Assembly: GCA_043818555.1 (NCBI GenBank) | Contig: JBDRFP010000012.1 | Span: forward strand, 1-57,067 | DNA length: 57,067 bases | Direction of reading: 5' to 3' | Source of the DNA: a bacterium | GTDB lineage: Bacteria > Patescibacteriota > Patescibacteriia > UBA9934 | In this document: positions 31,524-41,358 of the stretch, in pieces | Layout of the letters: each line of letters begins with the position of its first letter | Position numbering within the stretch: the first letter of the stretch is position 1 | Notes under the pieces: generated by a model | What the model saw: only the letters and a program-made list of their open reading frames with translations | Database searches by the model: none | Told to the model about the DNA's origin: nothing | Position numbers and translations under genes: made by a program

Positions 31524-31616
31524 ACAAATCAATTCTATCATAGAACCCCGGAATAAATGTGGATATAAAAAAGCCACATCCTTATGGACATGGCAATATT
31601 TGACTCTGCTGCTTGG

Positions 31617-32357
31617 CTAGTAGTTGCAACAGTACGGCGGATATGCGTCAGCGCAGCATGTTCCTCCGTCTTCCGGCAGGTCGCATGTGCTGGAGATGGC
31701 CCAGTCGGGATGGCAGTCGCTACAGCGCACGACCGTCCAGCGGCCAAGCGACGAGCTGTAGTCGCATGCGTAGTAGTAGCTAGGATCGCAGCAGGCGCCG
31801 TCTGCGCAGCTGCCCTCGTCCTCACAATCATCGATCACTTCAACTACATTGTCGCACAGGTCGGCTTCGACCAACTCGCCACCGATGCATGTCTCACGAG
31901 TAGAGTGGTCGCACGGATAGCATTCATTGCTCGTTGAGTCGCACGCGCCGCTTTCACACTCGGTATGAAGCTCTCTTTCACCGCATGCATCGACCTGCCA
32001 GATGTCACCCTGGTAGCACTCGTATGTGTAACTCGAGTCACAGGACACACACTCGCCGTCCTCACATATCCCTCGGCAAGTCCGAAAATAGCGGTAGAAA
32101 CCACAGTCGTACTCAGCCCACAGCTCGTCGAATTTGTTGCACACATAGGACTCGATTTCGCACTGCATACAATACGAGCCGGAATCGAAGTCGTAACAGC
32201 GCTCGTCCCAGGCGCACTCCTGCCTGTCCTCTTCGCAGTCGGAGAGAATTTGGGTTTCGTCGCTGTCGCATCGGGTATGGCAGCTCGGTGATGTATCCTG
32301 AACCGGAGCCGGTGACCCAAAGCACCCAAGGCAGGAGCTTAAAATCAGTACTAGCAT
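31617..32357 (-). CDS. Cysteine-rich secreted/lipoprotein
   Basis: GGAGG SD, short hydrophobic N-terminus with Cys, 35 Cys in 246 aa in repeated modules. Confidence 0.7.
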   Translation of the reverse strand: MLVLILSSCLGCFGSPAPVQDTSPSCHTRCDSDETQILSDCEEDRQECAWDERCYDFDSGSYCMQCEIESYVCNKFDELWAEYDCGFYRYFRTCRGICEDGECVSCDSSYTYECYQGDIWQVDACGERELHTECESGACDSTSNECYPCDHSTRETCIGGELVEADLCDNVVEVIDDCEDEGSCADGACCDPSYYYACDYSSSLGRWTVVRCSDCHPDWAISSTCDLPEDGGTCCADAYPPYCCNY

Positions 32358-32632
32358 CTTTACCTCCAGGTAAATTTATGGTGTTTTAAGGTTCGTCTAA
32401 ACTAACTTTACCGCTATTTGCCTCCATTAGTCAACTGTCGCAACTTAGGGTCAGCACTCGATCTGGAGCGGGGTCCCTTATTCGCGCGAATGGTTCAATA
32501 GGGCATTCTGACATTCTCGAGAATGTTATAACGTTTAAATATTACAAAACCCCCAAGCGAACTCGAGGGTTTCGTGGCAGGCCAGGCAGTTGCCTCGAAG
32601 CCATGATTTAACGCTGCTTCGAGGCAGTTGCC

Positions 32633-32708
32633 TGGCAGGGGCGCAGGGATTCGAACCCTGACGACAGGTTTTGGATCCCGCCCTTCGCGAAGGGCGGGAT
32701 GGAGACCT
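32633..32708 (-). pseudogene. Partial tRNA-Trp copy interrupted by a hairpin at the anticodon
   Basis: 3' half nearly identical to tRNA-Trp. TCCCGCCCTTCGCGAAGGGCGGGA is inserted in the anticodon loop and the 5' arm is missing. Confidence 0.75.
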
Positions 32709-32723
32709 TAATAAAAAAATTCT

Positions 32724-32799
32724 TGGCAGGGGTGCAGGGATTCGAACCCTGACGACAGGTTTTGGAGACCTGCATGCTAGCCATTGACATCACACCCCT
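32724..32799 (-). tRNA. tRNA-Trp(CCA)
   Basis: AGGGGTG/CACCCCT acceptor stem, CAGGT-CTCCAAA-ACCTG anticodon arm, CCA end. Confidence 0.95.
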
Positions 32800-32811
32800 A
32801 TCAAGAATTTT

Positions 32812-33069
32812 TTATTTGTAACTTAGCCGATTTAGTAGACCCGCATAAGCGGAGCCAAATTGTTTTAGTTTTCTTTCACGTATTGTTGCACGATCTAGAT
32901 CTCCGTAAGCTTCAAAATAGACCAAGATCCACGGTACAAATCTTCGAGTTGAGTACACCTTGCCTCGTTGATGCTGAGACATTCTTTCCTTAAGATTAGA
33001 AGTTTTACCTATGTAGAACCTCCCAGTGGATTGACTTTTCAAAAAATACACGAAGTTCATACTAATCAA
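32812..33069 (-). CDS. GIY-YIG nuclease family protein
   Basis: FVYFLKS...FYIGKTSNLKERMSQH...LVYFEAY...A..RE..LK. Confidence 0.92.
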   Translation of the reverse strand: MISMNFVYFLKSQSTGRFYIGKTSNLKERMSQHQRGKVYSTRRFVPWILVYFEAYGDLDRATIRERKLKQFGSAYAGLLNRLSYK

Positions 33070-33254
33070 TTGTGCGGGAATGATAGCATATTTGAGGTCA
33101 TTTGTAAAGCCCTGAGGGTTTACAATTTTTCGATTATATGATACTATCTTGCCGTATCAACAATAAACGCCAATGTAGCTTCCCACTTCGCTCTTCGAGC
33201 TTCGAGGGACTTCGCAGTTGGTCACGAACCAACTTCGCTACATTACAAAAATAC

Positions 33255-33331
33255 GCCAATGTAGCTCAGTTGGTTAGAGCAACTGTTTTGTAAACAGTAG
33301 GTCATCGGTTCGAATCCGATCATTGGCTCCA
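33255..33331 (+). tRNA. tRNA-Thr(TGT)
   Basis: ACTGT-TTTGTAA-ACAGT anticodon arm, GTTCGAATC, CCA end. Confidence 0.95.
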
Positions 33332-33486
33332 TGAAAAGAATCAGACAAGAGTCTGATTTTTTTCATGGATCTGCTGGGGGGATTCGAACAGGGGGATGGT
33401 AAGGGGGAATGTCCCCCTTACATGCCGGGGGTGACAGCGAGCGCCAGAGGGGCGCAAGCCCCTATGGGGAGGAGCGACGCGACGGC

Positions 33487-33510
33487 GTTCGATTCCGATC
33501 ATTGGCTCCA
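33487..33510 (+). repeat. Duplicate of the tRNA-Thr(TGT) 3' end (att-like)
   Basis: GTTCGATTCCGATCATTGGCTCCA versus tRNA GTTCGAATCCGATCATTGGCTCCA. Confidence 0.85.
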
Positions 33511-33596
33511 CAAAATCCCCGAGTTTGCTCGGGGGTTTTGTGATGCATCATCACTTTTGCCTAGAATTGACAAAACTCAATTTTAAGCGTAGATTA

Positions 33597-33761
33597 AAGG
33601 GCCTGCCACCGAATACTCTTTTGAGCATAAATTCCAGAAATTCGAGTAGATTTCTTCAAAGATTTTTGAGGAAATGCCGTAGCATTGGCGAAAAAACATT
33701 TGGAGGAATATGCCGAATTTATGGGATTTAGGCCAAATACGGTATTTGGCGACAGGCCCTT
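33597..33761 (+). ncRNA. Candidate 6S RNA (or structured rlmN leader)
   Basis: TTGACA-17-TAGATT promoter. Rod with closing stem AAGGGCCTGCCACCGAATAC/GTATTTGGCGACAGGCCCTT, a bubble, and inner stem CATAAATTC/GAATTTATG. Confidence 0.45.
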
Positions 33762-33780
33762 AAAGCCTTGAAAGATAAAT

Positions 33781-34818
33781 ATGACTAATATTTCCCGCGC
33801 TGAAACAATCAAATCACTCTTTCCAAAAGAGCCGGATTTTCGTTTAAAACAAATCGAAACAGCATTGTTTCAAAAAGATGTTAAGGACTGGTCGGACATT
33901 TCAACTCTTCCAGCCGCCATGCGCGAAACGCTTAGCAAGGAGATCCCGTTTACTTCGCTAGAGGTGGAAGATATTTATTCAAACAAAGCTGACTATACCT
34001 TCAAGGCCATTGCACGAGTCGCGACAGGAGAAGAAATCGAAACCGTTATGATGAAGAATTCGCGCGGTCACTTTACCATTTGCGTTTCTTCTCAAATTGG
34101 CTGCGCCATGAAGTGCGCATTTTGCGCAACAGGAAAAATGGGGCTCACTAGAAATTTAGAAGCAGACGAAATAGTTGATCAATACAGAGTGTGGCAGACA
34201 TTTCTTGCCAACCGCCCAGAATTACCTCAGTTTATTAGTAACATTGTCTACATGGGCATGGGAGAACCAATGGCAAATTATGAAAATGTTAAACAGAGTT
34301 TAAATTGTATTCTTGAAAATACCGAAATCGGAAAAACTCATATTACTGTGTCGAGCGTCGGAGTGATCCCACGACTGGAGATGCTTTTGAGCGACCCTGA
34401 TTGGCCGCATGTTCGTATGGCGATTTCACTTCACAGCGCGGACGAGAAAACTCGAAAAGAAATTATGCCAACATCCTACGACGATTTTCTTCCCAAGTTG
34501 GCAGATTGGAGTAGGCGATATTTAGAGCGTTTTGGGAACAGGCGACATCATTTAACTTTTGAATATGTGATGCTTAAAGATGTTAACGACACACCGCACC
34601 ATGCAAAGTTGCTTGCTAAATTTTCAAACTCCATTGGAGATGTGCGCGTGAATTTGATTCCTTACAACTTTACCGATTGCGGATTCCAAAGCAGTACAAA
34701 AGAAACAATCACAGCGTTTTATGAAGCGCTTGAAAAACACGGAGTAACAACAACGGTTCGAAAATCGCAGGGAGAAGACATTTCCGCAGCCTGCGGCCAA
34801 TTGATAAAGAATGCCTGA
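33781..34818 (+). CDS. rlmN: 23S rRNA m2A2503 methyltransferase RlmN
   Basis: CVSSQIGCAMKCAFCATG, MGMGEP, ISLHS, DISAACGQL. Confidence 0.93.
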   Translation: MTNISRAETIKSLFPKEPDFRLKQIETALFQKDVKDWSDISTLPAAMRETLSKEIPFTSLEVEDIYSNKADYTFKAIARVATGEEIETVMMKNSRGHFTICVSSQIGCAMKCAFCATGKMGLTRNLEADEIVDQYRVWQTFLANRPELPQFISNIVYMGMGEPMANYENVKQSLNCILENTEIGKTHITVSSVGVIPRLEMLLSDPDWPHVRMAISLHSADEKTRKEIMPTSYDDFLPKLADWSRRYLERFGNRRHHLTFEYVMLKDVNDTPHHAKLLAKFSNSIGDVRVNLIPYNFTDCGFQSSTKETITAFYEALEKHGVTTTVRKSQGEDISAACGQLIKNA

Positions 34819-34882
34819 AGTTAAGCTGGAATCCCCCTGCTGAAAAATTGCCCAGCAGGGGTTTTGTGATACAATTGACGAT

Positions 34883-35128
34883 ATGAAAAATCGAAAAAAA
34901 ATCTTGTCAGGCTTGGTTATTATCATTACCATCGCCGCAATCCTGATAAATCATACAGGATGCGCCGTAGTTGACGACACTACCGGTGAATGTTTGTCGT
35001 ACTCTTCCTACGACGATACATTTGCCACAACTCGACGGAATCTAGTTGACATATCCCTTGTTGCGCTCGTAATCCTAATGGCCGCCGGGCATCGTCCGAG
35101 AAAATCAAAACAACCAATTTCTAAATAA
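34883..35128 (+). CDS. Small membrane protein
   Basis: Two hydrophobic segments around a Cys-pair loop. Confidence 0.55.
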   Translation: MKNRKKILSGLVIIITIAAILINHTGCAVVDDTTGECLSYSSYDDTFATTRRNLVDISLVALVILMAAGHRPRKSKQPISK

Positions 35129-35166
35129 CCCAAATAAAAATTACCGAGCCGGTCTCGGTAATTTTT

Positions 35167-35523
35167 TTACTTGCTCGCTAATCTTTCCGCATCAGACCTA
35201 TGTTGTCTAAGCTTAACTATCCTTCCCCTTAATCGAGCGTTGACCTTCAACAAATTATTGACCTCTTCCATGGTCAAATTAAGCTTGCCCTGTTCTCCTA
35301 GCTCCAAAAGCCTTTCATTTTCCTCCAGTGTATGTTCAAGATTGGCAAGACTCGAGTCTGCGGGCATCTCTAACCTCTTCAAACTTAAACCGGTTTCGAC
35401 CCGTAGCTCCGGCTCAGGCTTTCGCTCTCGACTCTGAACTCGTTTCATTCTAGATTCAGCAGACTCGAAACCAATCACATGCCCTTGCTCACCTCCAATT
35501 TGCTCTCCCGGTTGTCTAATCAT
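35167..35523 (-). CDS. Hypothetical protein (paralog of 37090-37458)
   Basis: VIGFES...QSRERKP...ETGLSLK...LTMEEVNNLLKVNARLR is shared with the second copy. Confidence 0.75.
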   Translation of the reverse strand: MIRQPGEQIGGEQGHVIGFESAESRMKRVQSRERKPEPELRVETGLSLKRLEMPADSSLANLEHTLEENERLLELGEQGKLNLTMEEVNNLLKVNARLRGRIVKLRQHRSDAERLASK

Positions 35524-35631
35524 AAATCATTTCTACTAATCGATTATATCAATAATCTACCAAAACATAAAATATCTCCGATAATTTATCGTCCCTGAGG
35601 ATTTTTGTGCTAGAATAGACAAGCTAATGCG

Positions 35632-37032
35632 ATGACCATGAAAAAACCCAAAAAGAATAAGTGGCCTAAGAAGGCTGTGGTGAATTCAAAGTTCCAAAAA
35701 TCGACCGCGCCTTTGGCAAAAGACATCCTTGGAAAAGATATTGTAATCACACAAGAATTCACAGACGCCTTTGACGCCTTTGAAAACACGGGCAATCATA
35801 TTTTCCTAACTGGCCGCGCAGGAACCGGAAAGTCAACTTTGCTGAAATACTTCAGGTCAAAAACAAACAAGAAACATGTTGTTCTTGCCCCAACCGGCGT
35901 TGCTGCGCTAAATGTTAAGGGTCAGACAATTCATTCGTTCTTTGGTTTCCACCCGAAAATCTCGCCACACCTTGTTCGCAAAGCCCAGCAGGAAAGCCTA
36001 AGCATATTTCAAAATCTTGAAGCGGTCGTAATTGATGAAATCTCAATGGTGCGCGCTGATTTGCTTGACTGCGTTGACAAGGCGCTTCGGCTGAATCGAG
36101 GTAGACTAAAAGAGGCCTTTGGCGGCGTGCAGATGATTTTTATTGGCGACTTATTTCAGCTACCACCTGTTGTAACAAAAGAGGACGGCGGTCGATTTGA
36201 ATCTGAATACACTTCGCCCTACTTTTTTTCATCAAGCGCGATTGCTCACACGCAAATCCGCATAATCGAACTTCATAAAGTTCACAGACAAAAAGAAAAA
36301 GAGTTTATTGATCTTCTGAACAACATTCGCTCCGGAGAGCTTCGGGCAGGAGATGTTGAGGTCTGGAATCGTCGCCATGATCCATTTTTCGACCCCACAG
36401 AAGAATCTGATTATATTGTTCACCTAACTACCACAAATAAAATGGCTGCAGCGCGTAACGATTTTGAACTGAATAAACTCAACGGAAAAGAGTGGACTCT
36501 AAAAGCGCAATCAATGGGAGAGCTTGGCATTCGCAAAATGCCGTCTGACCCGACAATCAAAGTCAAGGAAGGCTCGCGCATAATGTTTACCACAAACGAC
36601 CCAACCAGACGCTGGGTCAATGGGACTCTTGGAACAATCAAAAGAATTAAGAAAAGTGGCCTTAGTAAAATCCCAATTCTTGAAGTCGACCTGGAAGATG
36701 GTAAAAGTGTTGAAGTTGGCCAGCATAAGTGGGAAGTATTTGAATACGATTTCAATGGCGAAAGCTACGAAGAAGGCGTTGTTGGGTCTTACTCGCAGTT
36801 CCCTATTGCTCTTGCATGGGCGGTTACAATTCATAAGGCGCAGGGCAAGACTTTTGATAAGGTGCTGGTCGATGTCGGCTGGGGCGCTTTTGCGCACGGG
36901 CAGATGTATGTTGCGCTGAGTCGCTGTACAAAACTGGAAGGCATTACATTGTTAAAACCTTTCCATCCAAAAGATGTAATTGTAGACCAAGCTGTACTCG
37001 ATTTTATGGCTTATAATTCGTGCCAAGGATAA
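35632..37032 (+). CDS. PIF1/RecD-like SF1B helicase
   Basis: TGRAGTGKST, APTGVAA, IDEISMV, FGGVQ...GDLFQLPPV, QFPIALAWAVTIHKAQG, YVALSR. Confidence 0.93.
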   Translation: MTMKKPKKNKWPKKAVVNSKFQKSTAPLAKDILGKDIVITQEFTDAFDAFENTGNHIFLTGRAGTGKSTLLKYFRSKTNKKHVVLAPTGVAALNVKGQTIHSFFGFHPKISPHLVRKAQQESLSIFQNLEAVVIDEISMVRADLLDCVDKALRLNRGRLKEAFGGVQMIFIGDLFQLPPVVTKEDGGRFESEYTSPYFFSSSAIAHTQIRIIELHKVHRQKEKEFIDLLNNIRSGELRAGDVEVWNRRHDPFFDPTEESDYIVHLTTTNKMAAARNDFELNKLNGKEWTLKAQSMGELGIRKMPSDPTIKVKEGSRIMFTTNDPTRRWVNGTLGTIKRIKKSGLSKIPILEVDLEDGKSVEVGQHKWEVFEYDFNGESYEEGVVGSYSQFPIALAWAVTIHKAQGKTFDKVLVDVGWGAFAHGQMYVALSRCTKLEGITLLKPFHPKDVIVDQAVLDFMAYNSCQG

Positions 37033-37089
37033 CGCTGGCAGAAAAGATCAAACAAAAAAACCACCGACGCTTGGCCGGTGATTTTTTTA

Positions 37090-37458
37090 TTATTTTGCTG
37101 CTGCGGCCGCAGCCCCTTTCGCCTTGTTGAGCTTCACAATATCTTTCCTTAATCGAGCATTCACCTTGAGCAAATTGTTAACCTCATCCATTGTAAGATC
37201 CATTATATTCTGCTCGCCAAGCGCAAGTAGCTTTTCATTTTCTACCAGCGTTTACTCTAAAGTTGCAAGGCTTTTATCTTTTGGGAGTTCTACCTTCTTC
37301 AAACTCAAGCCGGTTTCAGTCTGTAGCGTTGGATCGGGCTTGCGTTCGCGACTCTGGATTCGTTTCTTCTGCGACGCAGTAGACTCAAAACCAATAACCT
37401 GCTCCTGTCCTTTACCTGCTCCCGGTTGCGGTCGGATTTGTTCGATAATAGATCTCAA
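37090..37458 (-). pseudogene. Paralog of 35167-35523 with an in-frame TAA at 37252-37254
   Basis: Reading through the stop gives TLVENEKLLALGEQNNMDLTMDEVNNLLKVNARLR..., matching the paralog. Confidence 0.8.
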
Positions 37459-37474
37459 TTATTTCAGCAATGAT

Positions 37475-37708
37475 TTATTTATACGTCTCTTCGTTTCGTA
37501 ATTTGATATTTAAAATTATCACTTTTTTATTTGAAACTTGGAAAAAAACTCGAAATCTGCCAGCGCGAACTCTGTAGCACTGCAAGGATTTAATTTTTTT
37601 GATTTTTAATCCGGCCAAATCCCCGGCAATCAGTTGCTCAATAAGCTTCTTTAACTTGTCCCGTTCTTTCTTTCTGACTTTTCTTAAAAGTTTTTTGACC
37701 TTGTCCAT
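37475..37708 (-). CDS. RelE/ParE family toxin
   Basis: Basic ~77 aa, IKKIK...YRVRAGRFRVFF...R.E.TY. Confidence 0.8.
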   Translation of the reverse strand: MDKVKKLLRKVRKKERDKLKKLIEQLIAGDLAGLKIKKIKSLQCYRVRAGRFRVFFQVSNKKVIILNIKLRNEETYK

Positions 37709-37716
37709 AGATCGAA

Positions 37717-37962
37717 TCAACCAATATCTTCGAGAATTTGTAAAAACTTTCCTGCCTCAATCCCATTACCTTTATTGTCACGATCAGCGCTAAAAACAGT
37801 TACCCACTTATCATCATTTTCAAGGTCGTCGAGGTCAATTGGAGTAATTTCCAACTTTCCTGCTGTTTCTTTTATCAAGTACTGATTAGTGTCAAAATTT
37901 TTCCGCCATTTAGCCGGTAATGTAATCTGACCTTTGGTTGTAGCTTTTGCTATTGTAGCCAT
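37717..37962 (-). CDS. AbrB/MazE family antitoxin
   Basis: KATTKGQITLPAKWR. Confidence 0.85.
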   Translation of the reverse strand: MATIAKATTKGQITLPAKWRKNFDTNQYLIKETAGKLEITPIDLDDLENDDKWVTVFSADRDNKGNGIEAGKFLQILEDIG

Positions 37963-38076
37963 ATTGGAATGTATTACATTCTTACTTTACCACGCCATGA
38001 ACTTAATGTCAAAGTTTATCTATGCAAAAATAAACACCCCCGCTGCGATCTAGGATTGCTGCAGGGGTAGTTGGGG

Positions 38077-38400
38077 TCAGTCCGTAGGGTAGGTGCGACG
38101 GAGCCACTCGATGGTGCCAGCGACCATGTCGCGCGACTCGTCGCAACGACACTTGTAAACAAGCTCTCTCAGGGCGTCGAACAAGTTTGGCACTACGTCG
38201 ATCACATCTCTCTCCGGAATGGTCACTCCGACCACTCGAGCACACAGCTCGCGTACGACTGCACGCTCCACGTCTGGCCGTTGCCCCACAGGGACTTTGC
38301 CAAATCCTTGCACTGCCACCGCCACCAGTCGACCGGCAGTCTTCACATGCGCCGGCTTGGGCTTGGCGTTGAAGTCTAGATCAAGGCTCAAGTTACCCAT
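38077..38400 (-). CDS. Orphan hypothetical protein
   Basis: GAGGA SD, TTGACA promoter upstream, terminator at 38036-38068. Confidence 0.6.
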   Translation of the reverse strand: MGNLSLDLDFNAKPKPAHVKTAGRLVAVAVQGFGKVPVGQRPDVERAVVRELCARVVGVTIPERDVIDVVPNLFDALRELVYKCRCDESRDMVAGTIEWLRRTYPTD

Positions 38401-38522
38401 CTTTCCTCCTTTCTCGAGCTTGTTGATCGAGCCGGCAACTTAACACGCTACTGAACATGTGTCAAGCCTTGCAACCTAGAAATATTGACATAAAACGCGA
38501 ATTCGACTATACTCCGCGAGTT

Positions 38523-40325
38523 ATGGATTTCCGAAACATTGCAATCATTGCTCACGTTGACCACGGCAAAACAACCTTGGTCGATGCCATGCTCCAGCAG
38601 TCTGGGGCGTTTTCTGAACGCGATGTTATTGAGGACAGGGTGATGGATTCTAACGATCAGGAAAAGGAACGCGGCATTACGATTTATTCAAAAAATGCAT
38701 CAATTCAGATTGGCGATGTTAAAGTGAATATTGTCGATACTCCGGGGCACGCAGACTTTGGCTCTGAAGTTGAGCGCGTGCTACGCATGGTCGATTCAGT
38801 TTTGCTACTTGTTGACGCTTACGAAGGCCCAATGCCACAGACTAAGTTTGTGTTGCGCAAAGCTCTCGAGCTTGGACTCAGGCCAATTGTTGTAATTAAC
38901 AAGATCGACAAACCATCTGCCCGACCGGACGCGGTGCTAAACATGGTTTTTGATTTGTTTACCGAACTTGGCGCAAACGAAGATCAACTTGATTTTTCTT
39001 ATATTTACACAAACGCCAAGCGAGGCATCGCGCTAGCCGACCCGGCAGATACCGGAGACAACTTCCAGCCTCTGTTCGATCTTATTTTACGAGTTGTCCC
39101 AAGCGCGCCAAGCAATGTTAATGCCCCGGCACGATTTCAGCCGGTAAATCTTGCCTACGACAAATTCGTTGGCAGAATGGCAACCGGGCGCATTCTTGAA
39201 GGCACGCTAAAGGTTGGCATGCCGGTTACTGTGATTAAACTCGACGGCTCGCGCGAAAAGCATAAAATTACAAAAATTCTTACAAGCCAGGGGCTGGCCA
39301 AGATTGAAGTTCAGGAAGCCATTGCAGGCGACATTGTTTCAATTGCCGGAATTCCAAATATTAATGTCGGAGAAACAATTGCCGAAAATCCAAAAGCGGA
39401 CGCGCTCGACGCAATCAAAATCGACAGGCCAACCCTAACCATGGACTTTTTGGTAAATAACTCGCCGTTTGCAGGACGCGAAGGTACGCTTGTAACATCA
39501 CGCCAGATTCATGAGCGCCTCAAGCGAGAACTTGAAACAAACGTTGGGTTAAAGATTGATTTTCCAGAAGGATCTGATGTTTTCCATGTAAGCGGCCGTG
39601 GTGAAATGCATCTTGCTGTACTAATCGAGACTATGCGACGCGAAGGTTACGAATTGCAAGTTTCTCAGCCGCAGGCGATTATTCGGGAAGTAAACGGAAT
39701 TATGGAAGAGCCGTACGAAATTGCAATAATCGATGTACCGGACGATTTGGCAGGCGCAGTGATTGAGGCCCTTGGGAAACGAAAGGGAGAAATGACATCC
39801 ATAACCAGCGAAAACGGATCAACTCGCCTGGAGTACTCTATTCCAACACGAGGCCTGCTTGGGTATCGAACCGAGTTTATGACATCAACAAGGGGCGAAG
39901 GAACTCTTTCGCATATCTTTTCACACAACGGCCCGCACAAAGGCGACATTGAACGCAGAACCACAGGATCGATGATTTCCGGTTTTAATGGCAAGGCGCT
40001 CGCATTCGCGCTCAATAACCTGCAACAGCGCGGCGCGTTGTTTATTGGCCCGGGTGCGGAAGTGTACGAGGGGATGGTGATTGGAACAAGCGCTAAAGAA
40101 TCAATGGTTGTGAATCCAATCAAAGGCAAACACTTGACCAACATGAGGTCCAGTGGAGCAGATGACGCAATCAACTTGACTCCCCCGCTCGACATGAACT
40201 TGGAACGCGCGCTTGAATACATTGACGCAGATGAATATGTGGAAGTAACGCCAAAAAATATTCGTATTCGAAAACGTTATTTAAACGAAGCCGAACGCAA
40301 GCGCAACACGCCGAAAAAGAAATAA
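38523..40325 (+). CDS. typA: Translational GTPase TypA/BipA
   Basis: [40 protein letters not shown]. Confidence 0.97.
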   Translation: MDFRNIAIIAHVDHGKTTLVDAMLQQSGAFSERDVIEDRVMDSNDQEKERGITIYSKNASIQIGDVKVNIVDTPGHADFGSEVERVLRMVDSVLLLVDAYEGPMPQTKFVLRKALELGLRPIVVINKIDKPSARPDAVLNMVFDLFTELGANEDQLDFSYIYTNAKRGIALADPADTGDNFQPLFDLILRVVPSAPSNVNAPARFQPVNLAYDKFVGRMATGRILEGTLKVGMPVTVIKLDGSREKHKITKILTSQGLAKIEVQEAIAGDIVSIAGIPNINVGETIAENPKADALDAIKIDRPTLTMDFLVNNSPFAGREGTLVTSRQIHERLKRELETNVGLKIDFPEGSDVFHVSGRGEMHLAVLIETMRREGYELQVSQPQAIIREVNGIMEEPYEIAIIDVPDDLAGAVIEALGKRKGEMTSITSENGSTRLEYSIPTRGLLGYRTEFMTSTRGEGTLSHIFSHNGPHKGDIERRTTGSMISGFNGKALAFALNNLQQRGALFIGPGAEVYEGMVIGTSAKESMVVNPIKGKHLTNMRSSGADDAINLTPPLDMNLERALEYIDADEYVEVTPKNIRIRKRYLNEAERKRNTPKKK

Positions 40326-40365
40326 ACCAAAAACCGCCTTCGAGGAGCGGTTTTTGGTTTACAGC

Positions 40366-40566
40366 CTACTTCTTGGCAAAAACCATATAGAGCTTGTAAA
40401 GACCGGCTAGACCGACAAGCGCGTAGATAACGCGCGAAATGCCGGACATGTCGCCGAAGATTGCGGCCACTAGGTCAAAGCTAAAGAAGCCGACCAAGCC
40501 CCAGTTGAGCGCTCCGACGATCACAAGGATCGCCACGAGCCACCCAAACCAATTCATCTTATGCAT
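40366..40566 (-). CDS. DUF378 family membrane protein
   Basis: LVIVGALNWGLVG...DLVAAIFG...YALVGLAG. Confidence 0.9.
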   Translation of the reverse strand: MHKMNWFGWLVAILVIVGALNWGLVGFFSFDLVAAIFGDMSGISRVIYALVGLAGLYKLYMVFAKK

Positions 40567-40798
40567 ATCCTCCAGGTTAATGAATTAAGATGTATAAAGT
40601 ATAGCAGAGTTTATCAGCTTACCGCTCCGAATTATCCCCAGTGTTATTTTTTAGCTTAAGCTCGACTAGATCAAGCTCATTCTGGTACAATGGAATTAGC
40701 GAAAGTGATTTAGTTATTGAGTGACTGAGTGGTTAAGCGATCCGACAATAAACCTCGCTCCTACATTCCGTATAATCCGTAAATCCGTAACGAAACCC

Positions 40799-41173
40799 AT
40801 GTCAAAAGGATTTCATTTCAAACGTGACGAGTTCAAAAAATCACGCGGTGGGTGGTCGCGGATTTTGGAGTTGTACTGCGCAAAATGTGATGAGTTAGTG
40901 TTGTTTTATCAAAAAGATGGCCGAGGATCTTTGAAGCGGCTGTATCTTGATAGAATTATGGCGCCGGATAGGATTAGTCGATACGGATTGATCTGCCAGA
41001 TTGGCGATGTGCCCAATTTGACATGTAAAAAATGCGGCGAGTTACTTGGAACGCCGATAATATTCAAAAAAGAAAAGCGCAAGGCGTTTAGGCTGTACCA
41101 AGACTCGACGACGCATAAAATCGTAAAATCCCGCGACGCCGGAGGAAAACTGCAAATGACACTTGAAATTTAA
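40799..41173 (+). CDS. Hypothetical Zn-ribbon protein
   Basis: CAKC...YQKDG.G.LKRLYLDRI...CKKC. Confidence 0.75.
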   Translation: MSKGFHFKRDEFKKSRGGWSRILELYCAKCDELVLFYQKDGRGSLKRLYLDRIMAPDRISRYGLICQIGDVPNLTCKKCGELLGTPIIFKKEKRKAFRLYQDSTTHKIVKSRDAGGKLQMTLEI

Positions 41174-41358
41174 TCGACCCTCATTGGGTCGGTTTTGTTA
41201 TTGCCAGGTTTCAGAGGTCTCAAAGGTTTCAAAGGTTCACAGTTCATAGTTCACAGTTCATAGTTAATCGCCTACTTACTCTCGCGATTTAAAAACCCCC
41301 GCGGCGATACTTGATCGCTACAGGGGTCGGTCGACGCGGTCGAGCGCGTCGATTCTGC

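Noticed and set aside
33781-34818. Cfr resistance methyltransferase
   Set aside because: Has the RlmN-type MGMGEP motif and a housekeeping context
37252-37254. Alternative genetic code
   Set aside because: Single TAA only; other genes translate under code 11, and TGA is used as a stop
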